Assembly (NCBI GenBank): GCA_017399305.1
Contig: JAFQDK010000041.1
Span: 9,504-73,503 of the forward strand
DNA from: Clostridia bacterium
Lineage (GTDB): Bacteria; Bacillota; Clostridia; Oscillospirales; CAG-272
Reading direction: 5' to 3'
DNA length: 64,000 nucleotides
Part shown: in pieces, positions 25,902 through 36,082 of the stretch
How the letters are laid out: every line of letters begins with the position of its first letter
How positions within the stretch are numbered: the stretch's first letter is position 1
Notes under the pieces: model-generated
The model's database searches: none
What the model saw: the letters and a program-made list of their open reading frames with translations, nothing else
Told to the model about the DNA's origin: nothing
Translations under genes and position numbers: made by a program

Positions 25902-26747
25902 ATGAAAAAGATTCTCTCCCTTGTACTTGCATCTATGATGCTTGTATGCATGCTCGCTTCTTGCGGCGGTGAGACTGTTGTTACTACCGACGCTCCTAAG
26001 AACGATGCACCCGAGACCACCGAAGCTCCCGTAGAAACTACAGAAGCTCCTGTTGAGACCACTGAGGCTCCCGTTGATGACAATGTAATCATCATGGCTA
26101 CCAACGCTTACTTCCAGCCCTATGAGTATTACGAAGGCGACAAGATCATCGGTATCGATGCTGAAATCGCTGAAGCAATCGCTGCTAAGCTTGGTATGAC
26201 TCTCCAGATTGCTGACATGGAGTTCGGCTCTATCATCACCGCTGTTATGGAAGGTGAGGCTGACTTCGGTATGGCAGGTATGACCGTTACCGATGAGCGT
26301 CTTAAGAGCATCAACTTCACATCCAGCTATGCAAGTGGCGTTCAGTCTATCATCGTTAAAGAAGGCTCTGCTATCAAGAGCGTTGACGACCTCTATGCTG
26401 AGGGCGCAACCTACAAAGTAGGCGTTCAGCTCGCTACCACCGGTGACATCTACGCTTCTGACGACTTCGGCGAAGAGAATGTTCAGCGTTACTCCAACGG
26501 TAGCGAGGCAGTTCTTGCTCTCGTAGGCGGCGATGTTGACTGCGTAATCATCGACAACGAGCCTGCAAAGGCACTTGTTGCTGAAAACGAAGGACTCGTA
26601 ATTCTCGACACCGCATATGCTGACGAGGACTACGCTATCTGCGTTGCAAAGGAAAACACCGAGCTTCTTGACAAGCTCAACGTTGCTATTGATGAGCTCA
26701 CCGCTGACGGTACTATCGATGCAATCGTTGCTAAGTACATCAAGTAA
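25902..26747 (+). CDS. Polar amino-acid ABC transporter substrate-binding lipoprotein
   Basis: Lipobox 'MLASCGG', the linker 'ETTEAPV' x3, then a type-II SBP fold ('PYEYYEGDKIIGIDAEIA', 'GMAGMTVTDER'). Confidence 0.85.
   Translation: MKKILSLVLASMMLVCMLASCGGETVVTTDAPKNDAPETTEAPVETTEAPVETTEAPVDDNVIIMATNAYFQPYEYYEGDKIIGIDAEIAEAIAAKLGMTLQIADMEFGSIITAVMEGEADFGMAGMTVTDERLKSINFTSSYASGVQSIIVKEGSAIKSVDDLYAEGATYKVGVQLATTGDIYASDDFGEENVQRYSNGSEAVLALVGGDVDCVIIDNEPAKALVAENEGLVILDTAYADEDYAICVAKENTELLDKLNVAIDELTADGTIDAIVAKYIK
26013..26075 (+). repeat. Three tandem 21-bp units encoding ETTEAPV, differing mainly at synonymous positions
   Basis: gagaccaccgaagctcccgta / gaaactacagaagctcctgtt / gagaccactgaggctcccgtt. 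Confidence 0.85.
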
Positions 26748-26770
26748 TCTGTACGCATAACACATATCTG

Positions 26771-26801
26771 ACAAACGGGAATGCTTGACATTCCCGTTTG
26801 T
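26771..26801 (+). other. Intercistronic 13-bp-stem hairpin between the SBP and permease genes
   Basis: ACAAACGGGAATG-cttga-CATTCCCGTTTGT with no T-run. Likely an mRNA stabiliser or attenuator. Confidence 0.5.
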
Positions 26802-26817
26802 AATATACGGAGAAACA

Positions 26818-28221
26818 ATGAAGAAAAAGAGAAAATATCAAGGTCTGATTACCGGTCTAATCTGCGTAGCACTGGCTGTGCTTATAGTATTTGGCATATA
26901 CTTTGTGCAAAAAATGGGTAACAAGATTGACTCTGAATTATCCATAGAAGATGCGCAAACTCTTATCGACAATACTGTTATGGGGCTGCCCGGTAATGTT
27001 TCGACTGGCGCAAAATATGTGGCGGATAACACCGCGGTCACAGTAAACGACCTGAGCTACGGTACCGAAAAGGACATTATCCTTGAATGTACATACAAAA
27101 CTGTCAACATCGGCGATGCTATCGAAACTAATATTGATAAATACCTTGAAAACGTATATGCTTTCTATCTCGACAATACTGCACAGGGTATCAAAACAAA
27201 TGCGACTAAGATAAAGCTTTATATCGCAGAAATCATTGAGGCCGACCTTGCCGCATCCACCCCTGTAACCGGAGAAGTCACAGTTTATCTCTACGAAACT
27301 ACGCCCGGCGTGTTTACACCATATCTCAGCGATGAAACTGTAAACACTATTTTCGGCGGCATCCTTGATGCTAAAAATATCATCACAAGTGCACATACCG
27401 TTACTCACAACGGCGAGAGCGTGGACATCGCAAATCTCAACACACTGAGAACCGGTATTAACGATTATATTGCTCTCAAGAACTATGACAGCGAAAAGCC
27501 CGACACCAGTGTTCCGATTGAAAAACTCTGGAATACACTGAAGTACGATTTTCACCGCAACTTTGTAGTAAACCAGCAGTACAAGTATCTGACAAGAGGT
27601 CTTGCTACTACTCTTGAGATAACTGCTCTTGCAGTTCTCCTCGGTATACTTATCGGCTTTATTGTAGCGGTTATCAGATGCGTTAATCAGAAAACCGGCA
27701 AGCTCACCCTGCTCTCCGGCATATGCAAGGTTTATCTATCCGTTATGCGCGGTACACCTGTCATGGTGCAGTTGCTTATAATGTATTTCGTTGTCCTTCT
27801 GCCGCTTGGAGTTGAGAAGTTCCCTGCCGCTGTCATTTGCTTTGGACTGAACTCAGGTGCTTACGTTTCTGAAATCGTCCGCGGCGGTATCATGTCCATT
27901 GACGAGGGACAGACTGAAGCTGGACGTAGCCTTGGCTTTAACTATATTGAAACAATGTGGTATATTATTATACCTCAGGCTTTCAAGGCAGTTCTCCCCT
28001 CTCTTGCAAATGAGTTTATTACTCTGCTTAAAGAGTCGTCGGTAGCATTCTATATCGGTGTTGCTGACCTCACACTCGGCGGTATCAAGATCCGTTCTAT
28101 CACATACAGTAACTATATGCCACTTATCGCAGTAGCACTTATCTACCTTGTAGTCGTGCTTGGCCTTTCCAAGTGTGTGGCTATCTTAGAAAGGAGGCTG
28201 AGCAAGAGTGATAAGCGTTAA
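26818..28221 (+). CDS. Amino-acid ABC transporter permease with an approx. 240-aa N-terminal extracytoplasmic extension
   Basis: The C-terminal half is a His/Glu/Gln/Arg-type permease ('[12 protein letters not shown]', EAA-like loop). The N-terminus has one TM helix plus an unassigned soluble domain. Confidence 0.85.
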   Translation: MKKKRKYQGLITGLICVALAVLIVFGIYFVQKMGNKIDSELSIEDAQTLIDNTVMGLPGNVSTGAKYVADNTAVTVNDLSYGTEKDIILECTYKTVNIGDAIETNIDKYLENVYAFYLDNTAQGIKTNATKIKLYIAEIIEADLAASTPVTGEVTVYLYETTPGVFTPYLSDETVNTIFGGILDAKNIITSAHTVTHNGESVDIANLNTLRTGINDYIALKNYDSEKPDTSVPIEKLWNTLKYDFHRNFVVNQQYKYLTRGLATTLEITALAVLLGILIGFIVAVIRCVNQKTGKLTLLSGICKVYLSVMRGTPVMVQLLIMYFVVLLPLGVEKFPAAVICFGLNSGAYVSEIVRGGIMSIDEGQTEAGRSLGFNYIETMWYIIIPQAFKAVLPSLANEFITLLKESSVAFYIGVADLTLGGIKIRSITYSNYMPLIAVALIYLVVVLGLSKCVAILERRLSKSDKR

Positions 28222-28939
28222 GAATCTTTATAAAAACTTCGGTGAGAATGACGAGATTAAAGTCCTCAAGGGAATTGACGAGCATATCGAAAAAGGCGAA
28301 AAGGTAGTTGTAATCGGCCCTTCGGGAAGCGGTAAATCAACTTTTCTCCGTTGTCTTAACCGCCTTGAAGAACCATCGTCCGGCGAGATATACTTTGACG
28401 GTCAGCTTATAACCGACAAAAAGTGCAACATCGACAAACTGCGTATGCAGATGGGTATGGTGTTCCAGCACTTCAACCTCTTTCCTCACCTTTCTATCCT
28501 TGAAAACATTACGCTTGCACCGATAAAGCTACTCAAAAAGAAAAAGTCGGAAGCAGAAGCAGAAGCAAAAAAGCTGCTTGAGATAGTCGGTCTGCCCGAC
28601 AAAGCAGATGCTTATCCTGCACAGCTTTCGGGCGGTCAGAAGCAGCGTATCGCCATTGCGCGTTCGCTTGCAATGAATCCGCAGGTAATGCTGTTCGACG
28701 AGCCTACAAGCGCGCTTGACCCCGAAATGGTTGGCGAAGTTCTCGATTTGATGAAGAAGCTTGCCAATGACGGAATGACCATGGTCATAGTAACACATGA
28801 AATGGGCTTTGCACGCGAGGTTGCAAACAGAGTTATCTTCATGGACGAGGGTAAAATACTTGAACAAGGTGCTCCCGAAGAGTTCTTTGCAAATCCCAAG
28901 CATCCACGTCTTAAAGACTTTTTATCCAAAGTGTTATAA
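28208..28939 (+). CDS. Amino-acid ABC transporter ATP-binding protein (GlnQ type)
   Basis: 'GPSGSGKST', '[16 protein letters not shown]', '[11 protein letters not shown]'. GTG start with a GGAGG RBS. Confidence 0.9.
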   Translation: MISVKNLYKNFGENDEIKVLKGIDEHIEKGEKVVVIGPSGSGKSTFLRCLNRLEEPSSGEIYFDGQLITDKKCNIDKLRMQMGMVFQHFNLFPHLSILENITLAPIKLLKKKKSEAEAEAKKLLEIVGLPDKADAYPAQLSGGQKQRIAIARSLAMNPQVMLFDEPTSALDPEMVGEVLDLMKKLANDGMTMVIVTHEMGFAREVANRVIFMDEGKILEQGAPEEFFANPKHPRLKDFLSKVL

Positions 28940-28940
28940 A

Positions 28941-28975
28941 ACAAAAGCCGCTCTTACGAGCGGCTTTTGTTTTTA
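28941..28975. terminator. Bidirectional terminator
   Basis: ACAAAAGCCGCTC-ttac-GAGCGGCTTTTGT. Confidence 0.75.
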
Positions 28976-29230
28976 GTCTTCTTTATTCTCAAGATTAGAA
29001 ATGCGATGATGCTGGCGATCATTGCGATGCAATTCCACATCAGCGCGCCATTCCAAATCATCCACACGGTGAACAAGTCTTGCAACTACGATGCACAAAA
29101 AAGCAAATGCCACCGTCGAAAAAACATCTTTAACAAAGTCCCCAACTGTGAGATACATACCGCTGGCGGCATAAATAATCGGAATAACACAGCGGATACC
29201 TGCAATAATATAAAGAATAATCGACGTCAT
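28973..29230 (-). CDS. Small membrane protein, unknown function
   Basis: 85 aa with two hydrophobic helices and a charged tail. GGAG lies upstream. No motif recognised. Confidence 0.45.
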   Translation of the reverse strand: MTSIILYIIAGIRCVIPIIYAASGMYLTVGDFVKDVFSTVAFAFLCIVVARLVHRVDDLEWRADVELHRNDRQHHRISNLENKED

Positions 29231-29299
29231 AATTCAAAACTCTCCTTTCTGATTTTAACAAATGAATTCTTCACAGTGAAAATGCAGTTCAAAAGCTCT

Positions 29300-30733
29300 T
29301 CATTCGCTCAGTTCCTTTTTCATTTCATTGATAGCAGCTTGTCCTATCGGCACGGACACTAAAAACGATATTACATCCGCAACAGTTTGCGAAAGCTGTA
29401 TTCCGAGCAATGCCTCAAATCCCAGTGCGCGCATTGCAAGTGGCATCAGGAGCACCGCCGGGATAAATGCGATTCCCTGTCTGAGCATTGCAACAAGCGT
29501 TGCCCCCACGGTCTTGCCGATATTCTGCAACATCATATTGCTCATTGTAACCCATGCCATAAGAGGGAACACGACAAGCTGCGCGCGAAGTGCAAACTTA
29601 GCTATTTCTGCCGCCTCGGCACTACTGCCTGCAACCGCATCTGTAATTGGACCGGCAAACACTGTGCCAAGAGTTGATAAAGCAACCAGAACCACGAAAG
29701 AAACCTTTATGCAGAAGTAATATGCCTTGATAACGCGGTCATATTTCTTTGCACCGTAGTTGAATCCGCACACGGGCTGGAATCCCTGTCCAAAGCCGAT
29801 TATCGCAGAATACAGGAACATCATTATTCTTGATGTACCTGTCATTGCAGCCTGTGCTGCATCAATCATCGCAGGAGCAACAAATGCACCTATCGAATTA
29901 TTAAGGCAGGTGGTTGCGATGCTACCAAGCCCCTGACGTGCAAGTGACGGCAATCCTCCCTGAACGATACCGCCAATATAATATTTATTGGGTGTGAAGT
30001 TTTTAAGATGTATCTTGACATTGTCACTGCGCCACATACCAATAGCAAGCAGTACAAAGCTCACTATCTGACTTGCCGCAGTCGCGAGTGCCGCACCCCC
30101 GACGCCCATGCCAAAACCGAAAGGCATTGTTATAGCACCGCCAAAAATAACAGCTCCCTTTTCAAAAATCAGAATGGGGTCAAGAATGATGTTAAGAATC
30201 GCTCCAGAGGTAAGTCCTATCATTGAAAAAAAAGCATTGCCCTGCATGCGAAGCTGATTGTTTATAACTATTGCACCCATCATAAATGGGGTTGCAAGCA
30301 ATATGTAAAACATATAGTTTATGCTCTCGCGCATAGTAGCAGCCGTCTTAGCACCGAGCACCGTAACAAGCGGAACGCGGAACAACAAACCAAACACACT
30401 TATAAAAATACCAATAAGGAAAGCAAAACCGAATCCGGTAGCCGCCATTTTTTCTGCGCTTTTATAATCCTGTCTGCCAAAAGCGCGTGAAATATAATTT
30501 GCCGAACCGTGGCCACAGAAAAAGCCGCACGCCTGTATTATGGACATAAGCGGCATTACAATGCCGACTGCCGCAACCATACTGTCATTTTCAAGTTGGC
30601 GGACAAAAAGAGTATCAGCAAGATTATAAAAAGATGTAACAAGCATACTGATAATGGTTGGCACAGCGAGCTTAGCTATCAATTTTTCAATGGGTTCGGT
30701 GGTCATTTTTATATATTTAGCATTTTGCTCCAT
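29300..30733 (-). CDS. MATE-family efflux transporter
   Basis: 477 aa, 12 TM helices, with the typical MATE N-terminus 'PIEKLIAKLAVPTIISMLVTSFYNLADTLFV'. Confidence 0.9.
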   Translation of the reverse strand: MEQNAKYIKMTTEPIEKLIAKLAVPTIISMLVTSFYNLADTLFVRQLENDSMVAAVGIVMPLMSIIQACGFFCGHGSANYISRAFGRQDYKSAEKMAATGFGFAFLIGIFISVFGLLFRVPLVTVLGAKTAATMRESINYMFYILLATPFMMGAIVINNQLRMQGNAFFSMIGLTSGAILNIILDPILIFEKGAVIFGGAITMPFGFGMGVGGAALATAASQIVSFVLLAIGMWRSDNVKIHLKNFTPNKYYIGGIVQGGLPSLARQGLGSIATTCLNNSIGAFVAPAMIDAAQAAMTGTSRIMMFLYSAIIGFGQGFQPVCGFNYGAKKYDRVIKAYYFCIKVSFVVLVALSTLGTVFAGPITDAVAGSSAEAAEIAKFALRAQLVVFPLMAWVTMSNMMLQNIGKTVGATLVAMLRQGIAFIPAVLLMPLAMRALGFEALLGIQLSQTVADVISFLVSVPIGQAAINEMKKELSE

Positions 30734-30773
30734 TGGGTAATCACCTCTATAATAATTTTACCACTGCAAATAC

Positions 30774-30805
30774 AAAAAAGCAACCTTATAAAAGGTTGCT
30801 TTTTA
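30774..30805 (-). terminator. Terminator closing the Asp-box protein operon
   Basis: AAAAAAGCAACCTT-ataa-AAGGTTGCTTTTT, located 5 nt after the mini-lipoprotein stop. Confidence 0.7.
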
Positions 30806-30809
30806 TTAT

Positions 30810-30929
30810 TTATGGTCTGTATATTGCTGACCAGCCGTCATCGGTAGTCTCTGTCGGCTTATCACCGCAAGCAGTAAAAGCAAACACAAGACTTAGTGCC
30901 ATGCACATAACAATTATTAATTTTTTCAT
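30810..30929 (-). CDS. Candidate 39-aa mini-lipoprotein, translationally coupled to the upstream gene
   Basis: My own translation: MKKLIIVMCMALSLVFAFTACGDKPTETTDDGWSAIYRP*. Signal peptide plus lipobox-like FTAC. The ATG overlaps the upstream TGA (TGATG). The terminator follows this ORF rather than the large gene. Confidence 0.45.
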   Translation of the reverse strand: MKKLIIVMCMALSLVFAFTACGDKPTETTDDGWSAIYRP

Positions 30930-33538
30930 CACTCAAGAACGATTGCAGGCCAACGGTTTGTTGTAAATGCGCTTACACCGGTGAGAGTATCATTGGTGGA
31001 GCCGCTGCCGTCCTGATTAGAAAGAGAAGGATTAACTACAAATGAAGTTGCGCCATCAAGACCTACAAGTGCCTTGGGAATAGCTACCTCGGTAACAACA
31101 CCCTCGTCCTTATCCTCATTGTTACCGGCTGTACCGAAAACCTTTACAACAGCATTGCCGCCGGTAACAGTGTTCTTAGCTGCGCCATTTTCAACATATG
31201 TGATAGAATCCACACCGTTAAGACTTACAACCACGCGGTAGTAGCTACTGGTGCCTGCACCGATACAAATAGTTGTTGTATCGCCCTCGGTGATATAGGT
31301 ATCAAGGCGGGAGATAAGGAAGTAAACATTATTCTTATCATGTGCTGTGCGGAGAGTGATCTGTGCCTGGGTTTCGCTACCTACAAAGAGTGCGTCTGTA
31401 TTTTCGGTCCACTCATTGGTATAACCGTCAACATTTACTGCAACCTTGGGCGCGTTTGTACGGTGGTTGAGGTATGAATAGTAAAGATTAATACCGCGGA
31501 GGTCGCCATTTTTGCAAGGATTAGCTGCAACGAGTTTGTGGCTATCAAGAACCTCAATAGAGCCCCATGAACCTGCAGAATCCTTAGCAGGACGGAATTC
31601 CTTGGAGTCAAGAACACTGCCGTCAGGGCTGACCATTCTTGCACGGAGAACCGCATTGATACCATATGTAAGAACTACCTCGCCCGACTCAAAACGACCT
31701 ACATACGGCGATGCTGCACCGGTTGGAATAACATCTTTATATGTTGTAGTAGGACCTTCTTCGGTGAGATCAAGGTGATCCCATTCGCCGCCATCTTTGC
31801 TTATCGCATATGAGATACGGAAGTCCTTATCAAGTCTCTGAACCTCAACTGCAAGAAGTGACTTACCATTATAAAGCTGAACTGCAGCAGGCATCTGACC
31901 GCCGAAATACGGAACTGCCTCGGTATACATAGGAGTACCGTCGGGATTTGTACCGTAAGGAACCTTGTCGCCGACATATTCCTGGTAAACGCGCTTGCCT
32001 ACATAGTGGCTCTCTTTTGTGGTTTCGGGCGACCATGTATAACCGTTATCATCAGAATAAATCATGGATGTACATGTGGAGCGCTTATCCGAGTCCATGC
32101 CGTAGATGTCAATATAAGCAATCGCGCAAGACCAGTAAACCTCTACTCTGCCGTCATCACGCTGGAAAATGAATGGCTCCCAAACCTGTCCCTTGGTGAG
32201 CTGTACTTCTTCCTGTACGACCTGAGAAGGATAAACCTTTTCTTCAGTGGTACTCCATACAACCTTATTATCCTCAGTAACCTTACCACGAGCCATAAAG
32301 ATACCGTTCATTTCTGCATAATCTGCATAACCGTAACCGGAACTAGGACGGATAGCATATACGCAGAGAATATCACCGTTATCAAGTACGCATGCATCCG
32401 CGTTTACCGCAAGATACTGGTCGTCTTTACCTGCAAGAGGTCCGTATGTATGAGTAAACTTCTTATCGTTGGTAGCTCCCCAGAAAACTTCAGGATTAGT
32501 CCATGTCTGTCCGTCATTGGAATATGCAACGTAGAGATGTCTACCAAACTGACCGTACATCCAGAACATGATGTAGAGGTCGTCCTTAACTTGCTTGATA
32601 CGGGGATACCATGCATTGTCATAACGTGTCTGACCTGTTGTAGAAGAAGTAAGCTCTACATTCTCTCTGAAGTTAATCTCAAGAGAAGATGTAGCGATAT
32701 CATCGTCTGCATGGTCGCCATTTGTGCTCTTCTGGTCGAGATCTTGAATAGCAACAAGCTCTGTTACAGGATTTTCGGGAACTACGGGTTCTGCAGTGTC
32801 GTCTTCACCGATGATATATCCCATTACCTCATTGAACTTATCAGCAGTGTAAAGTCCCTTGTCGAGAAGCTGAACTGCAATGATTTCGCCCTCTTTTACC
32901 TTTGCGCCAAGCGCATTGTAGCAGATTACAAATGCATCGCCACGGGTAAACTCAGCGTCGGGAGTTTCATCACCGATAAGACCAACCTCTTTTGCAAGTG
33001 CATAAGGATTGTTCCATACGAAGTCGCCCTCTGCGTCCTTGTAACCGAGGACACGAAGAATTGCGGTGAGGAATGCATAATCGGTCATACCGCTTACCGC
33101 ATCAAATTTTGTTGCACTTACACCTGCGGTAATCTTATTTACATAAGCATAAGAGATATACGGAACTGCCCATGCGGGAAGGTCAGTAAAAGGATGTGCA
33201 TTTGTCTCGGTTGTAGCCGCCTTCTCTGCACCGAGGAAACGAACTACCTGAGTAATTGACTCTGCTCTTGTAAGGCTGCCGTCAACATCGAAATTGATGC
33301 TTCCGTCAGCATTAGTGCCCTTACCTGCAAGAAGTCCGAGAGCATTAAGTGCCTTTGCCGCCTCTTCTGCGGGAATAGCATACTTATCAATAGGAGGTAC
33401 GCTTGCGTTGGGATTTGGCGCGATGAGCATGCCATCTTTTGCGTTTTCAAACAAATCCTTAGTTTCGCTTGCAAAAACCATCGGCATAACCGAAACAAGC
33501 ATGCATACCGCAATAACAAGGCAAATTATTCTTTTCAT
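30929..33538 (-). CDS. Secreted SLH-like repeats + Asp-box (sialidase-fold) propeller + CBM9-like module
   Basis: Signal peptide. SLH-like 'FTDLPAWAVPYISYAYVNKITAG'. Asp boxes 'SNDGQTW', 'SDDNGYTW', 'SKDGGEW'. C-terminal 'DGYTNEWTENTDALFVGS...VYFLISR'. Confidence 0.7.
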   Translation of the reverse strand: MKRIICLVIAVCMLVSVMPMVFASETKDLFENAKDGMLIAPNPNASVPPIDKYAIPAEEAAKALNALGLLAGKGTNADGSINFDVDGSLTRAESITQVVRFLGAEKAATTETNAHPFTDLPAWAVPYISYAYVNKITAGVSATKFDAVSGMTDYAFLTAILRVLGYKDAEGDFVWNNPYALAKEVGLIGDETPDAEFTRGDAFVICYNALGAKVKEGEIIAVQLLDKGLYTADKFNEVMGYIIGEDDTAEPVVPENPVTELVAIQDLDQKSTNGDHADDDIATSSLEINFRENVELTSSTTGQTRYDNAWYPRIKQVKDDLYIMFWMYGQFGRHLYVAYSNDGQTWTNPEVFWGATNDKKFTHTYGPLAGKDDQYLAVNADACVLDNGDILCVYAIRPSSGYGYADYAEMNGIFMARGKVTEDNKVVWSTTEEKVYPSQVVQEEVQLTKGQVWEPFIFQRDDGRVEVYWSCAIAYIDIYGMDSDKRSTCTSMIYSDDNGYTWSPETTKESHYVGKRVYQEYVGDKVPYGTNPDGTPMYTEAVPYFGGQMPAAVQLYNGKSLLAVEVQRLDKDFRISYAISKDGGEWDHLDLTEEGPTTTYKDVIPTGAASPYVGRFESGEVVLTYGINAVLRARMVSPDGSVLDSKEFRPAKDSAGSWGSIEVLDSHKLVAANPCKNGDLRGINLYYSYLNHRTNAPKVAVNVDGYTNEWTENTDALFVGSETQAQITLRTAHDKNNVYFLISRLDTYITEGDTTTICIGAGTSSYYRVVVSLNGVDSITYVENGAAKNTVTGGNAVVKVFGTAGNNEDKDEGVVTEVAIPKALVGLDGATSFVVNPSLSNQDGSGSTNDTLTGVSAFTTNRWPAIVLE

Positions 33539-33548
33539 AGATTTCTCC

Positions 33549-36065
33549 TTACTTAAGGTTTATTTTTATCCAGGTTGAAGTATCATTAACATCTATACCG
33601 TTGATACGGTCAGTAACATCTGCGCCTGCATCGTAAAGACCGGGACAAACGCTTATGCTGTCACCTGTGAGTCCGAGTGCGGCTCGGTCAAAGCAAAGTT
33701 CGTAAACTCTGCCGCCGGTCGCATTCTTTGTTCCGCCTGTAACACCGGCAGGAAGTGTGTAATCACCGTAACTGATAGTTGCATTGATATAACCGTCTGC
33801 AGTTGCGATGTATACAAAGTTTGTATCTTCCTTGGAATTAGACTTGTCGGTACGGTCAATTGCAACATAGATGTACTTATCGTCATATGCAAAACGGTAT
33901 GCCGCCTGAGCATCAGCAGTAAGACTGCCTACAAAGAGAGCATCTTTGATTTCCTTCCATTCCTGAAGATTACCGTCTGCAACCATATTCTTCTTTGTCG
34001 CGTCAATCGGGTGATTGAGGTGAACCTTACCAAGAACAGTAGTGTTGTGAAGAACCTCATTTCCATCAACTGTTTCGGGAACAACACCTTTATATCTCTT
34101 ATACGACATAGATACAAGTGCAACATGCGAACCTATCGGTGTAGCATGACTCCAGAAGCCACCGTCTGTATCTTTATCATTGTAGAAAATATTGGACTCA
34201 TAGGCAGTAGACATGTTGGTTCCGCGATTATTGAGAAGTCTGGCATAAAGCATACTGGAATTGTTATATGTAAGCAAAATCTCACCTGAGACAAATCTCA
34301 TAAGCGTGGGAGCCGCACCTCTGAATACATCGTTCGAGGTATTGGAAGGACCTGCCTCATCGATAGCAAGCTCATTCCATTCGCGTCCTGCATTTGAATA
34401 TGCTTTACTGATCATATGATAACTGCGATCAACTGATCTCGTCTCAGCAACAAGCATCATCTTGTCGCCCTGAGCAAGTTCGATAACACCGGGCATCTGT
34501 CCGTGTACAAACGGAACGCTCTTACCATTTATAGTAAGATTTCCTGCGGCATACTGATATACTCTCTTAGCCGCAAACGGTGCGGAAGTAACATTAGGTG
34601 TCCATGTATTTCCGCCGTCAGTGGAGGAAATCATCGCTACACCGCTTGAACGCATGCTATCCTGGAAGCCATACTTATAAAGCATAGGCGCGATGTGTGT
34701 AAAGTAAATCTCAACATTTCCGTCAGAACGTTGTAAAATCTCTGCCTCCCAGTTCTGACCGTGATAGATAGAAACAGGCTCAGACCACTTTATTGTTGTA
34801 CCGCTTACTGTTCCCTTCACAAGTTCGAGGGTGGAGAGTGCCGCATACTCTTTAAGTGCATAACCTGTGCAAGGACGGCGCGAATATACACAGAGAATAG
34901 TTCCGTCATCAAGCACACAGTGGTCTGCGGTCGTAGCGTAATATACATCTTCTGTTCCCTTAAGCGAACCGGAAGTATGCGTAAATGTGTTATTCGCGGC
35001 ATTGTATAGAACCTTTGGTGCTCCCCAATTTATACCGTCGGTACTTGTTACATAGTAAAGATGCATGCCCTCTTGAGCATAATTGAGCGTCATGAGATAA
35101 AGCTCATCATTTACTTTTGATATGCGGGGATAAAATGCATTCTGGTATCTTGCATGGTCGTTTTCATCAAGAGTTACCATAGAACTTCTGTCAAGCTCGA
35201 TATATGCATTGCCGCCGGCATTTGAATTATTTTTAGAGTCAGTGTTCAGATCGTAAATAGAAGTCTTTGTAGTATAGTTTGAACCTGTATAGGTGGAGAG
35301 CAATGCTGCCGCTGTTTCATCACCTGCTGCCGCCGCCTCGGTAGCAACTGCATATACACTATTGATAGCGCAGCCGTTTGCACTGCCGCTTCTCGAATAA
35401 TATACCGTGCGTTTAACACCGTTTGCATCCGCATAAGTAATATAAGGACGAACTGCAATCTCGTCTGCAAGAGATGCAACATCTACACCGAGTACGGTTA
35501 CTGCAAATGTAATAGTAGTAGTATCTTCAGCATATGTAAACACACCGGGAACTACCGCACCGCTTTTTACATTTGTGCCGCTCTGCTTTGTAAGCTTTTC
35601 AGTTGTGTCAACATTTATTGCCACAACAGCACCATAGCCAATGTCGGTTGCATGTTCATTTTTAGGAGTGAGAGTGCCGTTAAAGCCCTTACGGTTAAGA
35701 GGATTAAGCCCCTCAACTGTACTTCTCAGCTCTTTGTTGAACTTGACCTGGAATCTGATACCGTTTACTTCGGGGGCAAACTCTTCTACCGGTATCGAAA
35801 AACCGTAATTGCCCTTTTCAACAGTTGCACCGTAAACAGTGCCGCTATAGTTCTTATCTGCAGCTTTTGTTACATCAAGTGCCAATGCTGCCTCTTCGGT
35901 TGTAAACCAACCGCCAAAAAGTCCGCCGCCGGGTACAGTAAGGCTTGAAATATCACCTGACGCTGTTTCAACAGTTACCTTAACAGGAAGAGCTGCGGAC
36001 GAAACCACTGCAAACAGTGCCGCAGAAAGACATATTACTATAAAGAATCCTAAAATCTTTTTCAT
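33549..36065 (-). CDS. Secreted unknown N-terminal module + Asp-box (sialidase-fold) propeller + CBM9-like module
   Basis: Signal peptide. 'STDGINW', 'SSTDGGNTW'. 'DGNLQEWKEIKDALFVGS...YRFAYDDKYIYVAIDR'. Paralog of 36433-39039. Confidence 0.7.
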   Translation of the reverse strand: MKKILGFFIVICLSAALFAVVSSAALPVKVTVETASGDISSLTVPGGGLFGGWFTTEEAALALDVTKAADKNYSGTVYGATVEKGNYGFSIPVEEFAPEVNGIRFQVKFNKELRSTVEGLNPLNRKGFNGTLTPKNEHATDIGYGAVVAINVDTTEKLTKQSGTNVKSGAVVPGVFTYAEDTTTITFAVTVLGVDVASLADEIAVRPYITYADANGVKRTVYYSRSGSANGCAINSVYAVATEAAAAGDETAAALLSTYTGSNYTTKTSIYDLNTDSKNNSNAGGNAYIELDRSSMVTLDENDHARYQNAFYPRISKVNDELYLMTLNYAQEGMHLYYVTSTDGINWGAPKVLYNAANNTFTHTSGSLKGTEDVYYATTADHCVLDDGTILCVYSRRPCTGYALKEYAALSTLELVKGTVSGTTIKWSEPVSIYHGQNWEAEILQRSDGNVEIYFTHIAPMLYKYGFQDSMRSSGVAMISSTDGGNTWTPNVTSAPFAAKRVYQYAAGNLTINGKSVPFVHGQMPGVIELAQGDKMMLVAETRSVDRSYHMISKAYSNAGREWNELAIDEAGPSNTSNDVFRGAAPTLMRFVSGEILLTYNNSSMLYARLLNNRGTNMSTAYESNIFYNDKDTDGGFWSHATPIGSHVALVSMSYKRYKGVVPETVDGNEVLHNTTVLGKVHLNHPIDATKKNMVADGNLQEWKEIKDALFVGSLTADAQAAYRFAYDDKYIYVAIDRTDKSNSKEDTNFVYIATADGYINATISYGDYTLPAGVTGGTKNATGGRVYELCFDRAALGLTGDSISVCPGLYDAGADVTDRINGIDVNDTSTWIKINLK

Positions 36066-36082
36066 AAAACTGTCCTTCGCAC

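Noticed and set aside
25827-26774. A 315-aa ORF antisense to the amino-acid SBP gene.
   Set aside because: It exactly mirrors a well-supported gene that has a lipobox, promoter and RBS. The antisense product is low-complexity, and has no RBS or recognisable motif. It is a typical shadow ORF.
30733-30966. A 77-aa plus-strand ORF in the MATE/Asp-box spacer.
   Set aside because: It spans a terminator hairpin and lacks an RBS. The opposite-strand 39-aa lipoprotein ORF explains the region better.
32006-33259. A 417-aa ORF antisense to the SLH/Asp-box gene.
   Set aside because: It is a shadow ORF of a strongly supported minus-strand gene. Its composition is Cys/Ile/Leu-rich nonsense, with no RBS.
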